Assembly: GCF_001194135.2 (NCBI RefSeq)
Contig: NC_068994.1
Coordinates: 4,217,553 to 4,281,552, forward strand
Direction: 5' to 3'
Length of the DNA: 64,000 bases
Source of the DNA: Octopus bimaculoides
Lineage: Eukaryota
A program made the position numbers and the translations under genes. This document shows positions 47,611-60,656 of the stretch, in pieces; position 1 is the first letter of the stretch; each line of letters opens with the position of its first letter. The notes under the pieces are model-generated. The model was not told where the DNA came from. It saw only the letters and a program-made list of their open reading frames with translations, and searched no databases.

Positions 47611-49079
47611 CAGTCACTTCAGATTAATCATTCCTTGCACACTTTAGACTCTGCCAGATTTTTATCTTCCATGGTTGACACTCTCACACTTTCAGACATT
47701 TTAATTACTCCAATCCCCGTCCCCTGCCCCACTTCCATACCCCGAACCATTCCTTTGCCACATTTTCCAATACCATCTTCTCCATCCTGCTTCTTTCTTC
47801 CTCAACCAAATTATCTCTTCTTCCTCTCCTTCCTCCAATCTCACTCTCTCTGTCTACTCACCTATGTACTCCCCCCTCTCTCTCTATATATATTATATAC
47901 ATGTGTGTATATATGCATATATCTACTTATCTACCTACATACCTAACTATTTATCTCTATGTACACACACACACATATATATATATGCATATGTGTATAT
48001 ATGTCTATCTATCTATTTGTCTGTCTTGCTATCTATCTATCTTTCTAGCTACCTACCTATCTATCTATCTGTCTGTCTATCCTTTACACTCACCTTTTCT
48101 GCCAATCAGTCCTCCTTTTCCCCTCCAATTAAGCAACATCTCTCCCCCTTCCCCACTTCCTATTCTACTTCTCTCTCTTCTCCTTCCCCACCTCTTACTT
48201 TCCAATCAACCAACTTCTCCTTTGTTCACTCCTTCACTTCTCCCCCTCCCACCGTTGCTAATCAATTTGCTCCCCTCCTCCTCTTCCTTCACTCACAACG
48301 TTCCCCCCTTTTTCATGTAACCAAACAATCTCTCTCTCTCTCATTCAATCTCTTACTCCCCCTCTCTCTCCTAATCAATATCTCTTCCTTACCCTCACAC
48401 ACTTCCCACTTGTTCTTCTTTCCAACAAACATACCTCCACCCCCCATCCAGACCATGTCACTGCCACTGCTATGGGTACCACAACTACCACCACCACCAC
48501 TGCCAATGCCTTCACCACCAAGAACAACAACAGCACTTCCAGCTCAGGAATGTAAGAATACTGCCTTCCTTCTTTCTTTCCTGACTAACCACAAAGGTAG
48601 CCATATTTAAGAGATGCAGGGGGGAGGGAGAGAAGAAGCAGATGATACAAGAGTTTGTCACGTTCATGCATTTCCCTAATAATGTTATTAATGAAAACGA
48701 CAACAACAGCAGAGTTGCCACAGTTTCCATTGGGAAAACTAAACTTAAAAAAAAAAAAAGCAGAACATGTCATGGCCACAAATTGTTGAGATGACATCTT
48801 TTCTCCCTCCAGGGGACACCTTTCTCATTTTCTCCACCCCAGTACATACGATAAAAAAAAAACCTCCAACCCACCCACGACCATTACTACATTCTACAAC
48901 AGTCCACTCAAATTCAATATTCTGACAAGAGCACAGAAATTTTTCCAATAATTTCAACGGCGAAAGACCTGATCTTAATTAAAGATGCTGTTGTTGTTGT
49001 TTAGCCCTGGGTCAACCAAGGCTGAGTAGACCAATGACCAAAGATATTCCAGTCATTTGGATTACATTATTTAATGCTG

Positions 49080-49260
49080 GTTTCCAATTTTCAGCACAAG
49101 GCCAGCAAATTTGTGGGAGGAGATAGGTTGATTACATCCACCCTGATGTTCAACTGGTACATATTTTATTGACCCTGAAATGACAAAAAGGCAAAGTCGA
49201 CTCCAGCCACATTTGAACTCAGAACATAAAAAGCTTGAAAAAATACTGCTAGGCATTTTA
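49080..49260 (-). mobile_element. SINE family B fragment
   Basis: CAACTGGTACATATTTTATTGACCCTGAAATG...GGCAAAGTCGAC...TTTGAACTCAGAAC. Confidence 0.75.
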
Positions 49261-50574
49261 TCCAACATACCAATGGTTCCGCCAGCTCACTGCTGCAATT
49301 TCATTGTTTAACCCTTTCGTTACGAATCCGGCTGAAACTGCCTCTGGCTCTGAGTACAACTGTCTTGTTTTCATAAGTTTTGAATTAAAATCTTCCACCA
49401 AACCTTAGTCACAATTTATGTTCCTAACACTAGCTGAATGATAACTAAGTTATTTTACTAAATTCTTTGTTGAGGCAAGTGAAATCGAAATCGAACTAAA
49501 TACGACTGGCACCCATGCCAACATCGTCTCCTTCATTGGACACGAAACTCAGCTTGCAAAGACCTGTTGGGGCAAGCGAAAGCGAAATCGTGACGGCACC
49601 TGTGCCCAGCGTCACCTTACTGGCACTTGTGCCAGTGGCACATGTAAAGACATTTGAGCGAGATCGTAGCCAGTGCTATGCAGACTTCAAAGACCTATGA
49701 TGCCTCCTCCTCCTCCTCCTGTTCAAAACAAAATCAAAAACAAAAACACACTGAATGAAGTAAATTAAGTTCAGCCATGATTTTCTGTCATCTCACCAGG
49801 TTCACAGTGTTCTCGCTTCACGTAGTTTGAACTTGTTTCAGATTGTGATATACTTAAAACGACAGAAACAAACAATCACCATTGACTAATTAAAGTTACT
49901 GAATCAAAGGTTGATTAATTATATCCAAAGCAACAATGAAACAAAATAGCAAATCACGAGGGGGGGATGGGACGAAAGAGGTGGTGGCAGTGGTGTGATT
50001 GAGAGTTCAAAGATTACAGATATTGTTCGATAGCAAGTAACTCGCTTACCCCAAGGTCTGAAGCATTCCCATTATGAAACCGAAGCCGACAACTTGGAAT
50101 GATAATAAATTCAAGGTTGATTTATTATCCTTTATCATTTACTTGTTTCTGTCATTAGTCTGCGACCATGCTGGGGCACCACCTTGAAGAATTTCTAGTT
50201 GAATAGACTGCAGTAGGAATTTTTTTTTTTTTTTCGTAAACATGGTATTTATTTGGTTGGTCCCTTTTACTGAACTGCTAATGTTACAGGGATGTAAACA
50301 AACCCTTTAGATTTTAAGCCAGCAATATATGCAACTCAAATTTCTACCTATCTTGCATTCAAACTGGCTAGATCCAGCTTTTAACACCTACCCAACAATG
50401 CCATGACCATACTGGAGCACTCTGCACCTAGTATGTATCTCTGACCAAGCAATCTTACAATCAAAAATGTTCCATTCCATTCACAGAGGCTCCCTCCTGT
50501 GTGTTGTATATATTCTAGAAGAATCCCAGTTGAATGCCATCTTCTGTAAAGAAATGTCACTGACAGATACGTAC

Positions 50575-50870
50575 ATGTGGGCGTGTGAGGACCTTGACTG
50601 GCTCCCATGGTAGTGGTACGTAAAAAGCACCATCCGAACGTGGTTGATGCCAGTACNNNNNNNNNNACCTTGACTGGCTCCCATGCCGGTAGCATGTAAA
50701 AAGTACCTACTACATTCTTGTAGTGGTTGGCATCAGGAAGGGCATCCAGATGTAGAAATCTTGCCAGATCAGATTGGAGTCTGATGCAGCCTTCTGGCTT
50801 GCCAGTCATCAGTCAAACCTTCCAACCCATGCCAGCATGGAAAGTGGACATTAAATGATGATGATGACAT
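50575..50870 (+). mobile_element. SINE family C copy spanning a 10-nt gap
   Basis: CATCAGGAAGGGCATCCAGATGTAGAAATC...CCCATGCCAGCATGGAAAGTGGACATTAAATGATGATG. Confidence 0.85.
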
Positions 50871-51711
50871 ATATATATATATAGAGAGAGATGTGTTTAC
50901 ATTCCTTGCTGACGTTACAAATGGTTACTCTGCAGTTTCCAATAATGCTAGAGAGACCCAGGCTTGAGAAATAAAAACAAGAAGGAATTTGCAACAGGAA
51001 GTGACCTCTGGTTGAAAAATCCTGGTTCAAATTACTCTTCTTCATTCAACACACGTCACCCAAATCAACAAGTTGGAGGTAGGAATTTTTAACACTGTCT
51101 CACCAGGTTCCTGCTGTATGAGGAACAGCTTAAAATGTCATCCCTGGTGGACTAAAAATAGACAACTGGTCACATTGTAGCTTTGTAATTATAAGTGTTT
51201 ATGAGTCATTCGTTCCCTCCATTGCTGTTGTTTACTTTTTTAAACAGAACAAAAAAAAAAAAAAAAAAAANNNNNNNNNNNNNNNNNNNNNNNNNNNNNN
51301 NNNNNNNNNNNNNNNNNNNNNNNNNNNNNNNNNNNNNNNNNNNNNNNNNNNNNNNNNNNNNNNNNNNNNNNNNNNNNNNNNNNNNNNNNNNNNNNNNNNN
51401 NNNNNNNNNNNNNNNNNNNNNNNNNNNNNNNNNNNNNNNNNNNNNNNNNNNNNNNNNNNNNNNNNNNNNNNNNNNNNNNNNNNNNNNNNNNNNNNNNNNN
51501 NNNNNNNNNNNNNNNNNNNNNNNNNNNNNNNNNNNNNNNNNNNNNNNNNNNNNNNNNNNNNNNNNNNNNNNNNNNNNNNNNNNNNNNNNNNNNNNNNNNN
51601 NNNNNNNNNNNNNNNNNNNNNNNNNNNNNNNNNNNNNNNNNNNNNNNNNNNNNNNNNNNNNNNNNNNNNNNNNNNNNNNNNNNNNNNNNNNNNNNNNNNN
51701 NNNNNNNNNNN

Positions 51712-51870
51712 NTGACAGGCTTCTTTCAGTTTCCGTCTACCAAATCCACTCACAAGGCTTTGGTTGGCCCGAGGCTATAGTAGAAGACACTTGCCCAATG
51801 TGCCATGCAGTGGGACTGAACCTGGAACCATGTGGTTGGAAAGCAAGCTATTTACCACACAGCCACTTCC
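51712..51870 (-). mobile_element. SINE family A 5' half
   Basis: CTTCTTTCAGTTTCCGTCTACCAAATCCACTCAC...GACACTTGCCCAA...TTACCACACAGCCAC. Confidence 0.88.
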
Positions 51871-52708
51871 CTACAGTTGTTACTCCTGTATATGTAACTA
51901 TTTGTTTTTTTTTCTTTTGTTTTTTCAGGTAGAGTCAAGTTGGCCACAGAGGCCCCGGCCCAAGAGGGTTCAGCCTTCGCAAACAGCTTCTAGAATGGGA
52001 GCAGGCAACAAAAACAACAATGACAAAAATAAAGAACAAAAACAACGAATTATGGTTCCAAGAAACCATTGAGTTTCTCTGTTTGTTTTTAATTTTGGTA
52101 AAATGTGAAGAACATTTGGAATTAAATGGTTAAATTTAATGTGCTAATGTACAAGTAGACAGTCTAAAGTTGGCTCCTTCAAGACTTGAGGTGGTCAAAG
52201 CATGTGTAGTGTGTGTGTGTGTGTGTGTTTGTGTGTGTTTGTGTTAATTGGGATATGTATCAAACATAGCAGTTTCTAACACTGGTAGAAGGCCTCAAAA
52301 TGTGTGCTGGGGTGGGGGATCATACAAGAGAGATACTTGTATCATAGAACTGGAGGCGGCTTCAAATAGGCTGGTATCAAAAAGGGTTAATACAGATGGT
52401 GGTGGGGTGTAAAGGGGTTTAGAAAAGGGGACATATGTGTGTGTGTGATGGGGGATGTAGGGGTTGGACTAATATAAAGCAGGCCAGAGATAGAATAGCC
52501 GTTGTTAGTAGTTGAGTAAGCAAGGAGTAGAAACAGCATTGGGGAAAGTGTGTGTGTGTGTGTGTATATATATGGGTTTGTGTGTATATTATGTATGCTT
52601 GTGTACATATGTATATATATTTTTTTTTTAGTCTTTCTATTTACAGTTTTTCTTAAGTCTGAAGAAGTAGAGCAGAGCCCTTTGTCCTTGTGTGCACAGG
52701 TTTGTATG

Positions 52709-52757
<49 letters not shown>

Positions 52758-53142
52758 NNNNNNNNNNNNNNNNNNNNNNNNNNNNNNNNNNNNNNNNNNN
52801 NNNNNNNNNNNNNNNNNNNNNNNNNNNNNNNNNNNNNNNNNNNNNNNNNNNNNNNNNNNNNNNNNNNNNNNNNNNNNNNNNNNNNNNNNNNNNNNNNNNN
52901 NNNNNNNNNNNNNNNNNNNNNNNNNNNNNNNNNNNNNNNNNNNNNNNNNNNNNNNNNNNNNNNNNNNNNNNNNNNNNNNNNNNNNNNNNNNNNNNNNNNN
53001 NNNNNNNNNNNNNNNNNNNNNNNNNNNNNNNNNNNNNNNNNNNNNNNNNNNNNNNNNNNNNNNNNNNNNNNNNNNNNNNNNNNNNNNNNNNNNNNNNNNN
53101 NNNNNNNNNNNNNNNNNNNNNNNNNNNNNNNNNNNNNNNNNN

Positions 53143-53190
<48 letters not shown>

Positions 53191-53315
53191 AGGTTATACA
53201 CGCATACATGTATAAATGTAAGAGTGTATACAAGTTTATATATATATCTTTTGTTTGTATATGTGTGTGTGTGTGGAGACACATAATAAATCTATATATT
53301 GAAGAGAGTGTACAA

Positions 53316-55292
53316 TCACCAGGGACAGAGGATAGAGCTAACCGGAGTATACTCTCTTAAACTTTTGCAAGAATTTGGCTTCAAGAAATTGTTTTTCACA
53401 GAGCCATGACTCTTCTGATGACTCTGCAGCTTGAGTGCAGACGCAAATTGCCGTGGGCACATGTCGCATTGCAACAGAGGTTCAGTGTGTATCTTCATGT
53501 GCAGCAGGACAGCTTCCTTGTCCGGGAACTTCTGCAGACAAACATGGCACTCGTGTAGTGCTGAATGATCTTCGTTGTGCTGATGAGCAACAGCAGGAAC
53601 CGTAATGATGCTCTCGTGGTTATTCATGGCCAATATGTGGGCGTCCTCGGTGCCGTTGCTGACCTGCATTCTCTGCTGTTGCACAAGCAAGTCTTTCTTC
53701 ATGCAGATATCACAGGGTTCGGTGTGGCTCTTGTCAGGTGTGTTGTTGCTGTTGAGATTATTTAAGTGGATACGTCTGTGTATCTGTAATTTGTCACTGC
53801 GATTAAAATCACGGGAACAGAATTCACAGTGGAAAGGTTTCTCTCCAGTGTGAATCCGACGATGGACCTGAAGCTTGTCCTTTCTGGCAAACTGCCGGCT
53901 GCAAAGATCACAGTGGAAAGGTTTCTCTCCAGTATGTGTCCTTTCGTGTATCATAAGCTTATCTCTCTGGATGAACTGTTTCGGGCAATAATTACACTGA
54001 AAAGGTCTGTCCCCTGTGTGGATTTTCCGATGCAGTTGCAGCTTATCACGGCGGGAAAAGCATTTTGTACAGATCTCACAAGCAAATGGTTTCTCACCTG
54101 TGTGAGTACGTCTGTGGATGACCAAGTTGTCCTTTTGGGCAAAAGATTTGGGACAAATGTCACAGGCAAAGGGTTTCTCCCCAGTATGTGTCCTACGATG
54201 AACCTGGAGTTTGTCCCCACGAGAGAACTGCTTACAACAAATATCGCAAGAGAAAGGACGCTCTCCGGTGTGAATTCTCTCATGAATCTTCAGTTTCTCT
54301 CTTTGAATGAATCTTTTGCCACAATAGGTGCAAGGAAACGGTCTTTCTCCAGTGTGAATCCTTCGATGTATTTGGAGTTTATCTCCTCGTGAAAACTGTT
54401 TCAAACAAAACTCGCAGTGATAGGGTTTTGCACCGGTATGGACAGTCTCGTGAATCTTCAGCTTATCTTTGCGGGAGAACTGCTTCGGACAATAACTGCA
54501 GTGGAATGGTTTCTCTCCTGTGTGTGTCCTCTCGTGAATCTGCAACTTGTCTCGGTGAACAAACTGTTTGGCACAATAGTTACACTGGAACAACTTCTCA
54601 CCCGTGTGAATCCGTTTATGGATCTGCAACGTATTCCTTCTTGTGAACTTCTTGGGACACAGATCACAATGGAATGGTTTATCTGGCACTGTTTGCGATG
54701 ACAACAGAAGGTGACCCGATGTAGAAATACGACTCACCATACTGGTAGACGTCAGGTCCTTCTTGAAGAGGGCCATGGGTTTGTGTTGAATATGGATGGG
54801 GTCAGCATTACAGTAAGTATCGCTGCAGTTGTTCTCCTTGCCAGCAATTGCATTGCAGTCATTGTTCCGTTTCTCTGCGACATCAGCAGCAAGTGACGGT
54901 TGTTTCTCAAGAACTCCATTAGTAATGGCGCAGCCGTTCTCTCCAGTACACTCTTGTAATGACGACGGGGTTAAGAAACAGTTCGGCATAAACTGTTTTC
55001 CGTAAATATCATCAATAGAGATTTTCTGATTTGTTGGAAATAATCCATGTGTCTTTAAGTAACAACGCTGAAGGAATTGGTTACTCAAGATCTGATGTGT
55101 AAAGTGGGGTGGTGGTGGTTTGGGGCTTGTAGCCGGTGGTCTCCGATGAGCTGCTGGTATTGTGTAGGGTTGAGCAAATTGTCTTTCATATGCAATGGCA
55201 TGTGAAGGAGGTCGGTCAGATGTTGCTACCTCGTTACTTTTCTTAATGATTGCTTCCTCGGTTATTTTTGACAGGTTAGTTTTATCCATCAT
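53316..55292 (-). CDS. C2H2 zinc-finger protein ZNF-D (about 658 aa; 11 tandem fingers plus 2 C-terminal fingers), paralogue of ZNF-A
   Basis: The ORF track starts at a GTG (55367); the first in-frame ATG is at 55292 (MMDKTNLSK). 11 tandem fingers at 53766-54677, then CHVCLQKFPDKEAVLLHMKIH and CDMCPRQFASALKLQSHQKSH. Confidence 0.95.
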   Translation of the reverse strand: MMDKTNLSKITEEAIIKKSNEVATSDRPPSHAIAYERQFAQPYTIPAAHRRPPATSPKPPPPHFTHQILSNQFLQRCYLKTHGLFPTNQKISIDDIYGKQFMPNCFLTPSSLQECTGENGCAITNGVLEKQPSLAADVAEKRNNDCNAIAGKENNCSDTYCNADPIHIQHKPMALFKKDLTSTSMVSRISTSGHLLLSSQTVPDKPFHCDLCPKKFTRRNTLQIHKRIHTGEKLFQCNYCAKQFVHRDKLQIHERTHTGEKPFHCSYCPKQFSRKDKLKIHETVHTGAKPYHCEFCLKQFSRGDKLQIHRRIHTGERPFPCTYCGKRFIQREKLKIHERIHTGERPFSCDICCKQFSRGDKLQVHRRTHTGEKPFACDICPKSFAQKDNLVIHRRTHTGEKPFACEICTKCFSRRDKLQLHRKIHTGDRPFQCNYCPKQFIQRDKLMIHERTHTGEKPFHCDLCSRQFARKDKLQVHRRIHTGEKPFHCEFCSRDFNRSDKLQIHRRIHLNNLNSNNTPDKSHTEPCDICMKKDLLVQQQRMQVSNGTEDAHILAMNNHESIITVPAVAHQHNEDHSALHECHVCLQKFPDKEAVLLHMKIHTEPLLQCDMCPRQFASALKLQSHQKSHGSVKNNFLKPNSCKSLREYTPVSSILCPW

Positions 55293-55450
55293 GTTTCTAG
55301 AGAATTTCACCTCGAATTGACTCAAAGATGGATGAACAACAACAGAACAGGATTCAATACTCTTCACAGGGAAAAATAAATATTTGAATTCTCTATTTTA
55401 ACAGGAACTTCAGCAACTGATCCATTTAACTTGTTATAAAAGGGAGATAC

Positions 55451-55480
55451 CTGAAAATAGAAAAAAAAAACACATTAACA
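55451..55480 (-). other. 3' splice acceptor of the ZNF-D coding exon (exon would begin at 55450)
   Basis: Minus strand reads TTAATGTGTTTTTTTTTTCTATTTTCAG|GTATC: branch-like TTAAT, a long pyrimidine tract and CAG, 158 nt upstream of the ATG. Confidence 0.7.
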
Positions 55481-55499
55481 TTCATGGAGATATATATAT

Positions 55500-55735
55500 A
55501 TATCATCATCATCATCATCATCGTTTAACGTCCGCTTTCCATGCTAGCATGGGTTGGACGATTTGACTGAGGACTGGTGAAACCGGATGGCAACACCAGG
55601 CTCCAGTCTGATTTGGCAGAGTTTCTACAGCTGGATGCCCTTCCTAACGCCAACCACTCAGAGAGTGTAGTGGGTGCTTTTACGTGTCACCCGCACGAAA
55701 ACGGCCACGCTCGAAATGGTGTCTTTTATGTGCCN
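55500..55735 (-). mobile_element. SINE family C copy immediately upstream of the ZNF-D acceptor
   Basis: (CAT)n CGTTTAACGTCCGCTTTCCATGCTAGCATGGGTTGGACG...CTACAGCTGGATGCCCTTCCTAACGCCAACCAC. Confidence 0.9.
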
Positions 55736-57162
55736 NNNNNNNNNNNNNNNNNNNNNNNNNNNNNNNNNNNNNNNNNNNNNNNNNNNNNNNNNNNNNNNNN
55801 NNNNNNNNNNNNNNNNNNNNNNNNNNNNNNNNNNNNNNNNNNNNNNNNNNNNNNNNNNNNNNNNNNNNNNNNNNNNNNNNNNNNNNNNNNNNNNNNNNNN
55901 NNNNNNNNNNNNNNNNNNNNNNNNNNNNNNNNNNNNNNNNNNNNNNNNNNNNNNNNNNNNNNNNNNNNNNNNNNNNNNNNNNNNNNNNNNNNNNNNNNNN
56001 NNNNNNNNNNNNNNNNNNNNNNNNNNNNNNNNNNNNNNNNNNNNNNNNNNNNNNNNNNNNNNNNNNNNNNNNNNNNNNNNNNNNNNNNNNNNNNNNNNNN
56101 NNNNNNNNNNNNNNNNNNNNNNNNNNNNNNNNNNNNNNNNNNNNNNNNNNNNNNNNNNNNNNNNNNNNNNNNNNNNNNNNNNNNNNNNNNNNNNNNNNNN
56201 NNNNNNNNNNNNNNNNNNNNNNNNNNNNNNNNNNNNNNNNNNNNNATATATATATATATATATATATACATACATACATACACACACATCTGCATATAAA
56301 TGTATTTGACAAAACATATCACAACATACTTTTTTTGTCTTATCAGTTTACAAGGATACTAAATTTTACATGCAAAAATACGTACCACCATTTAATCTAG
56401 AATTTGGATCAAATGAATGTAAGAAAGATCAAAGCAATGAGAAATACTGCAATGGTTTAGTCCCAGGCTGGGGCTGACTGAGGAAACTGGCTTAACCCTT
56501 TTGGTTAAGTCTGCTTCCCTAAGACTTGCTACGTGGCTCAATGTGTGATGCATTTTTTTCATTAGTAATTGAAACAAAAGCAGTACATTTCAACACAAAT
56601 ATGGTAACAAAAGGGTTAAAGTGATCTAAATTAAAACCATCCATCAAAATTCCATGTTAATTTACGTTCTGAGCATCAGCTTAATAACAGAAAGGTATTT
56701 GACTAAATTTTTCATTATTTTAAAATTAATTGACACACAAAGGCAGAGAATTCCACATCGACATCAACCAATGTGTGTTTACTCCTTCCTTATCATTTTC
56801 TGATGGCAGGCTTCGATCAAAAAAGACCTGGCTGCTATTTTTAGCATGTTAAGTGTCCACATAGAGGCTCAGATCCCGACTCTCAGACAGGGATATAAAT
56901 TGCTCTGATGGTATGGGCAAGGCAGTGAGCAGTTTCACTTTGTCTCATTCCTAAATAGTATACAGCAACTTTAGTGCAGTAATTTACATCAGCTTAATTA
57001 ACAATAGTTCGTTTACACAATTAATTATGATAAAATATGCCCCAGCGAAATATCTAATTAAATTCTTTTTCTTTTTAAATATTATAAATGGAAAAACATT
57101 CATCAGGAGATATTTTGAGTTGTAATGGAAATGAACATACACACTCGTGTGTGCTGTGTGTG

Positions 57163-57195
<33 letters not shown>

Positions 57196-58153
57196 TTACA
57201 CACACACATTTATATATTATGATGGTGATACAGATGTATGTGTATGTGTCTGTATACACACACATGTATGTATAAATATATATATATATATATATATACT
57301 GAGAAACAGACAAGACAGGTTGAGACAGACATAAATACAAACCATACATACAGTTAGATAGAAAAACAAGCGTATACATAAAAGGAGCAAACACACACAC
57401 ACACACAAACAGACGGCATCTGTTGGCGACACATTAAGTTCTAACCACAGATATATCTCTAGATGATAAATGCGTATATAAACGTGTGTATGCACGCATG
57501 CATGCGTACGTGTGCATATGACTAGCCTCATGCAGCAGCTTCCTGTACAACAGTACATTCATGACTTATGAACATTGCAGGAGGTGCACAGACAGTGCAC
57601 GGTAAACGTGCAGTTTGCAATCATATGATGATAATGACGGTGACGGCGGGGGATTATTAAATCTACTGCATACCACTGATTCACTGTGCATACTTGCTCA
57701 CAAACTAGCACACCTGATGCACTACTGTGCATTTCCATGCAAGTGTCAAATAAGGTATTTGTTGATAGTGCTGGCAGTGATAGTGGTGGTGGTGGGTTTC
57801 TGTTGTCTGACGACAAGGATTCAGTTGTTTGAGCTCAACTGAATTACCCGCCCTAGAATTAACGTCTAACTGGCTGAGTATTTCTATAGACATGTGTACC
57901 TTTAACACAACTCACAGTCTGTGACAAGAGAAGCCGGTCATCTTTTTAAATTGCAATCAACCCAATGGGCTTCTCTACAGTTTCTACCAGCCAAATCTGG
58001 TGTTTTGCTCAGCCCAAGATTATAGTTAAAAAAAAAAAAAGCTCAAGGTTCCACACAGTGGAACTGAAATTGAAACCAAGACCACAGACTTTTTAAGCTA
58101 ATTTCCTATCGCACAGTCATGCCTACACCTTTACATTGTGTGTGTGTGAATGC

Positions 58154-58191
<38 letters not shown>

Positions 58192-58706
58192 TTACACACA
58201 AACATGCTTATGCAGACCTTGCCGGTGCTGGTGACATGTAAAAAACATGCAGCCATAGTAACCATGCCAAGATGGTCAGTGGTGCTTGAAGCAATCTTGC
58301 CATTCTCTGCCAAACTGCTCAAGCCATGCCCAGCACGTGGGGAAAGACAGATGTCAAATGTTGATGACCAGTATAATTATATATGTTCCTGTAACTTACC
58401 ATTATACAGAGAGAGTACTACTGGGTGTACTTTGTTGTAGCACCAGCATTAGCTGGGTTGCCCTGTCTCCTGAAACACCTCTCAATACTCTGTCTATGTT
58501 ATCTCTGCTCATGCACACACACACACACAGAGTTTCACAAGTCAGTCTGACCTTCACAGTAAAGGTTACAGAAGTTTAACATACACAGTTTGTATGTATA
58601 ACTCTCCTGTTCCCTCTCTCTCTCTCTAATAATATCTATCTATATCTGTCTATCTATCTTTCTATGTACTCCACACATGTTTATACATACATCTAGACTA
58701 TCTTAC

Positions 58707-58805
<99 letters not shown>

Positions 58806-60656
58806 CTTTATTTAAAAGCAGCAGAAATATAACATTTCATGTGCTTACTCCGGTATATATATATATATATATATATGCACACTGCTCCTGAGTTTTGAAC
58901 CACCTCTACAAACTTTCGTCACCACACATAGAGAGAGAAAGTGTGTAGAATGTGTTGATAAAATATATGTGTATACTCATACATACATGGGAAGCTATAT
59001 ATATATCTGCAAGTTTAGATTACATATACATATATATATATATTATATATATGTATGTATATACACACACGCATATACATTGTATATTTATATATATAGT
59101 GTGTGCGTACATATATTTATATATCATCATCATTATAAATACATATATATATATATGAATATTATGCCTGGCTATGTGTGGTGGTGCTCTTGTTGCCTCT
59201 GGCCTATCCCAGTGGACCTTAGCAAGTCACCAGCCAGCCTGCCAGCCAACCCACAAACCTTCACCATTCTCTCTCCTCCTCCTACCTCTGCCTCTCCTTC
59301 CTTTTCTGTCAACCAGTGAAACACTCACCACTAACCTAACCATCATACCATCACCATACACACACACATACAGACAGCAGTCTGCTGTGTATGTGTGTGT
59401 ATAACTGTGTGACTCACTGCCACAACACAGTATAGGGAGAGAGAGACCTCCTTGGAGGACTAGAGAGAGAAAAAGGAGGGAGGGGTGACAGAAATTTAGT
59501 GGTGGAGGTGGTGGTAGTGTAGTCTCTGTGTGTGTGGGGGGGAAAAGAAGTGCAGGGGGAGGGAGTGCTATTAAGTGAGGTGAACAGTTCTGGGCGGCGT
59601 TGGCGGTGGAGATGAAGCACTGGTTGGTGTAGTTTGTTGTTGGTGGTGGTGGTANNNNNNNNNNNNNNNNNNNNNNNNNNNNNNNNNNNNNNNNNNNNNN
59701 NNNNNNNNNNNNNNNNNNNNNNNNNNNNNNNNNNNNNNNNNNNNNNNNNNNNNNNNNNNNNNNNNNNNNNNNNNNNNNNNNNNNNNNNNNNNNNNNNNNN
59801 NNNNNNNNNNNNNNNNNNNNNNNNNNNNNNNNNNNNNNNNNNNNNNNNNNNNNNNNNNNNNNNNNNNNNNNNNNNNNNNNNNNNNNNNNNNNNNNNNNNN
59901 NNNNNNNNNNNNNNNNNNNNNNNNNNNNNNNNNNNNNNNNNNNNNNNNNNNNNNNNNNNNNNNNNNNNNNNNNNNNNNNNNNNNNNNNNNNNNNNNNNNN
60001 NNNNNNNNNNNNNNNNNNNNNNNNNNNNNNNNNNNNNNNNNNNNNNNNNNNNNNNNNNNNNNNNNNNNNNNNNNNNNNNNNNNNNNNNNNNNNNNNNNNN
60101 NNNNNNNNNNNNNNNNNNNNNNNNNNNNNNNNNNNNNNNNNNNNNNNNNNNNNNNNNNNNNNNNNNNNNNNNNNNNNNNNNNNNNNNNNNNNNNNNNNNN
60201 NNNNNNNNNNNNNNNNNNNNNNNNNNNNNNNNNNNNNNNNNNNNNNNNNNNNNNNNNNNNNNNNNNNNNNNNNNNNNNNNNNNNNNNNNNNNNNNNNNNN
60301 NNNNNNNNNNNNNNNNNNNNNNNNNNNNNNNNNNCGGGTGGGGGAGCGAGTGACTGAGCATGGAGGAGAAATGGTGATGGCAGTGTGATAGGGCTGGGGT
60401 GGGGTGGGGGGAAGCACTAGGTGGTGGTGGTCATGGTGAATGTTGAGACTAATGAGATTTACATTACTTAACTCCAGAAGGTGAGGTTCTGGGCGGTGGG
60501 GGGAGGGGAGTGCTAATTATCTTGCTGTTGTATAGCCCCAAACCAGCCTTGGTCGACCAGACCTAAGATCAAAACGGTTCCATACATGACCACCTCATCA
60601 GCTGTCAATGCATAGTGGAGTTGTTAGCCAATGTGTCTGCTTTCTCAGACAGTTAT

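Noticed and set aside
55293-55367. 25-aa N-terminal extension of ZNF-D from a GTG start
   Set aside because: Eukaryotic context; the first ATG at 55292 aligns with the ZNF-A start, so the extension is most likely 5'UTR.
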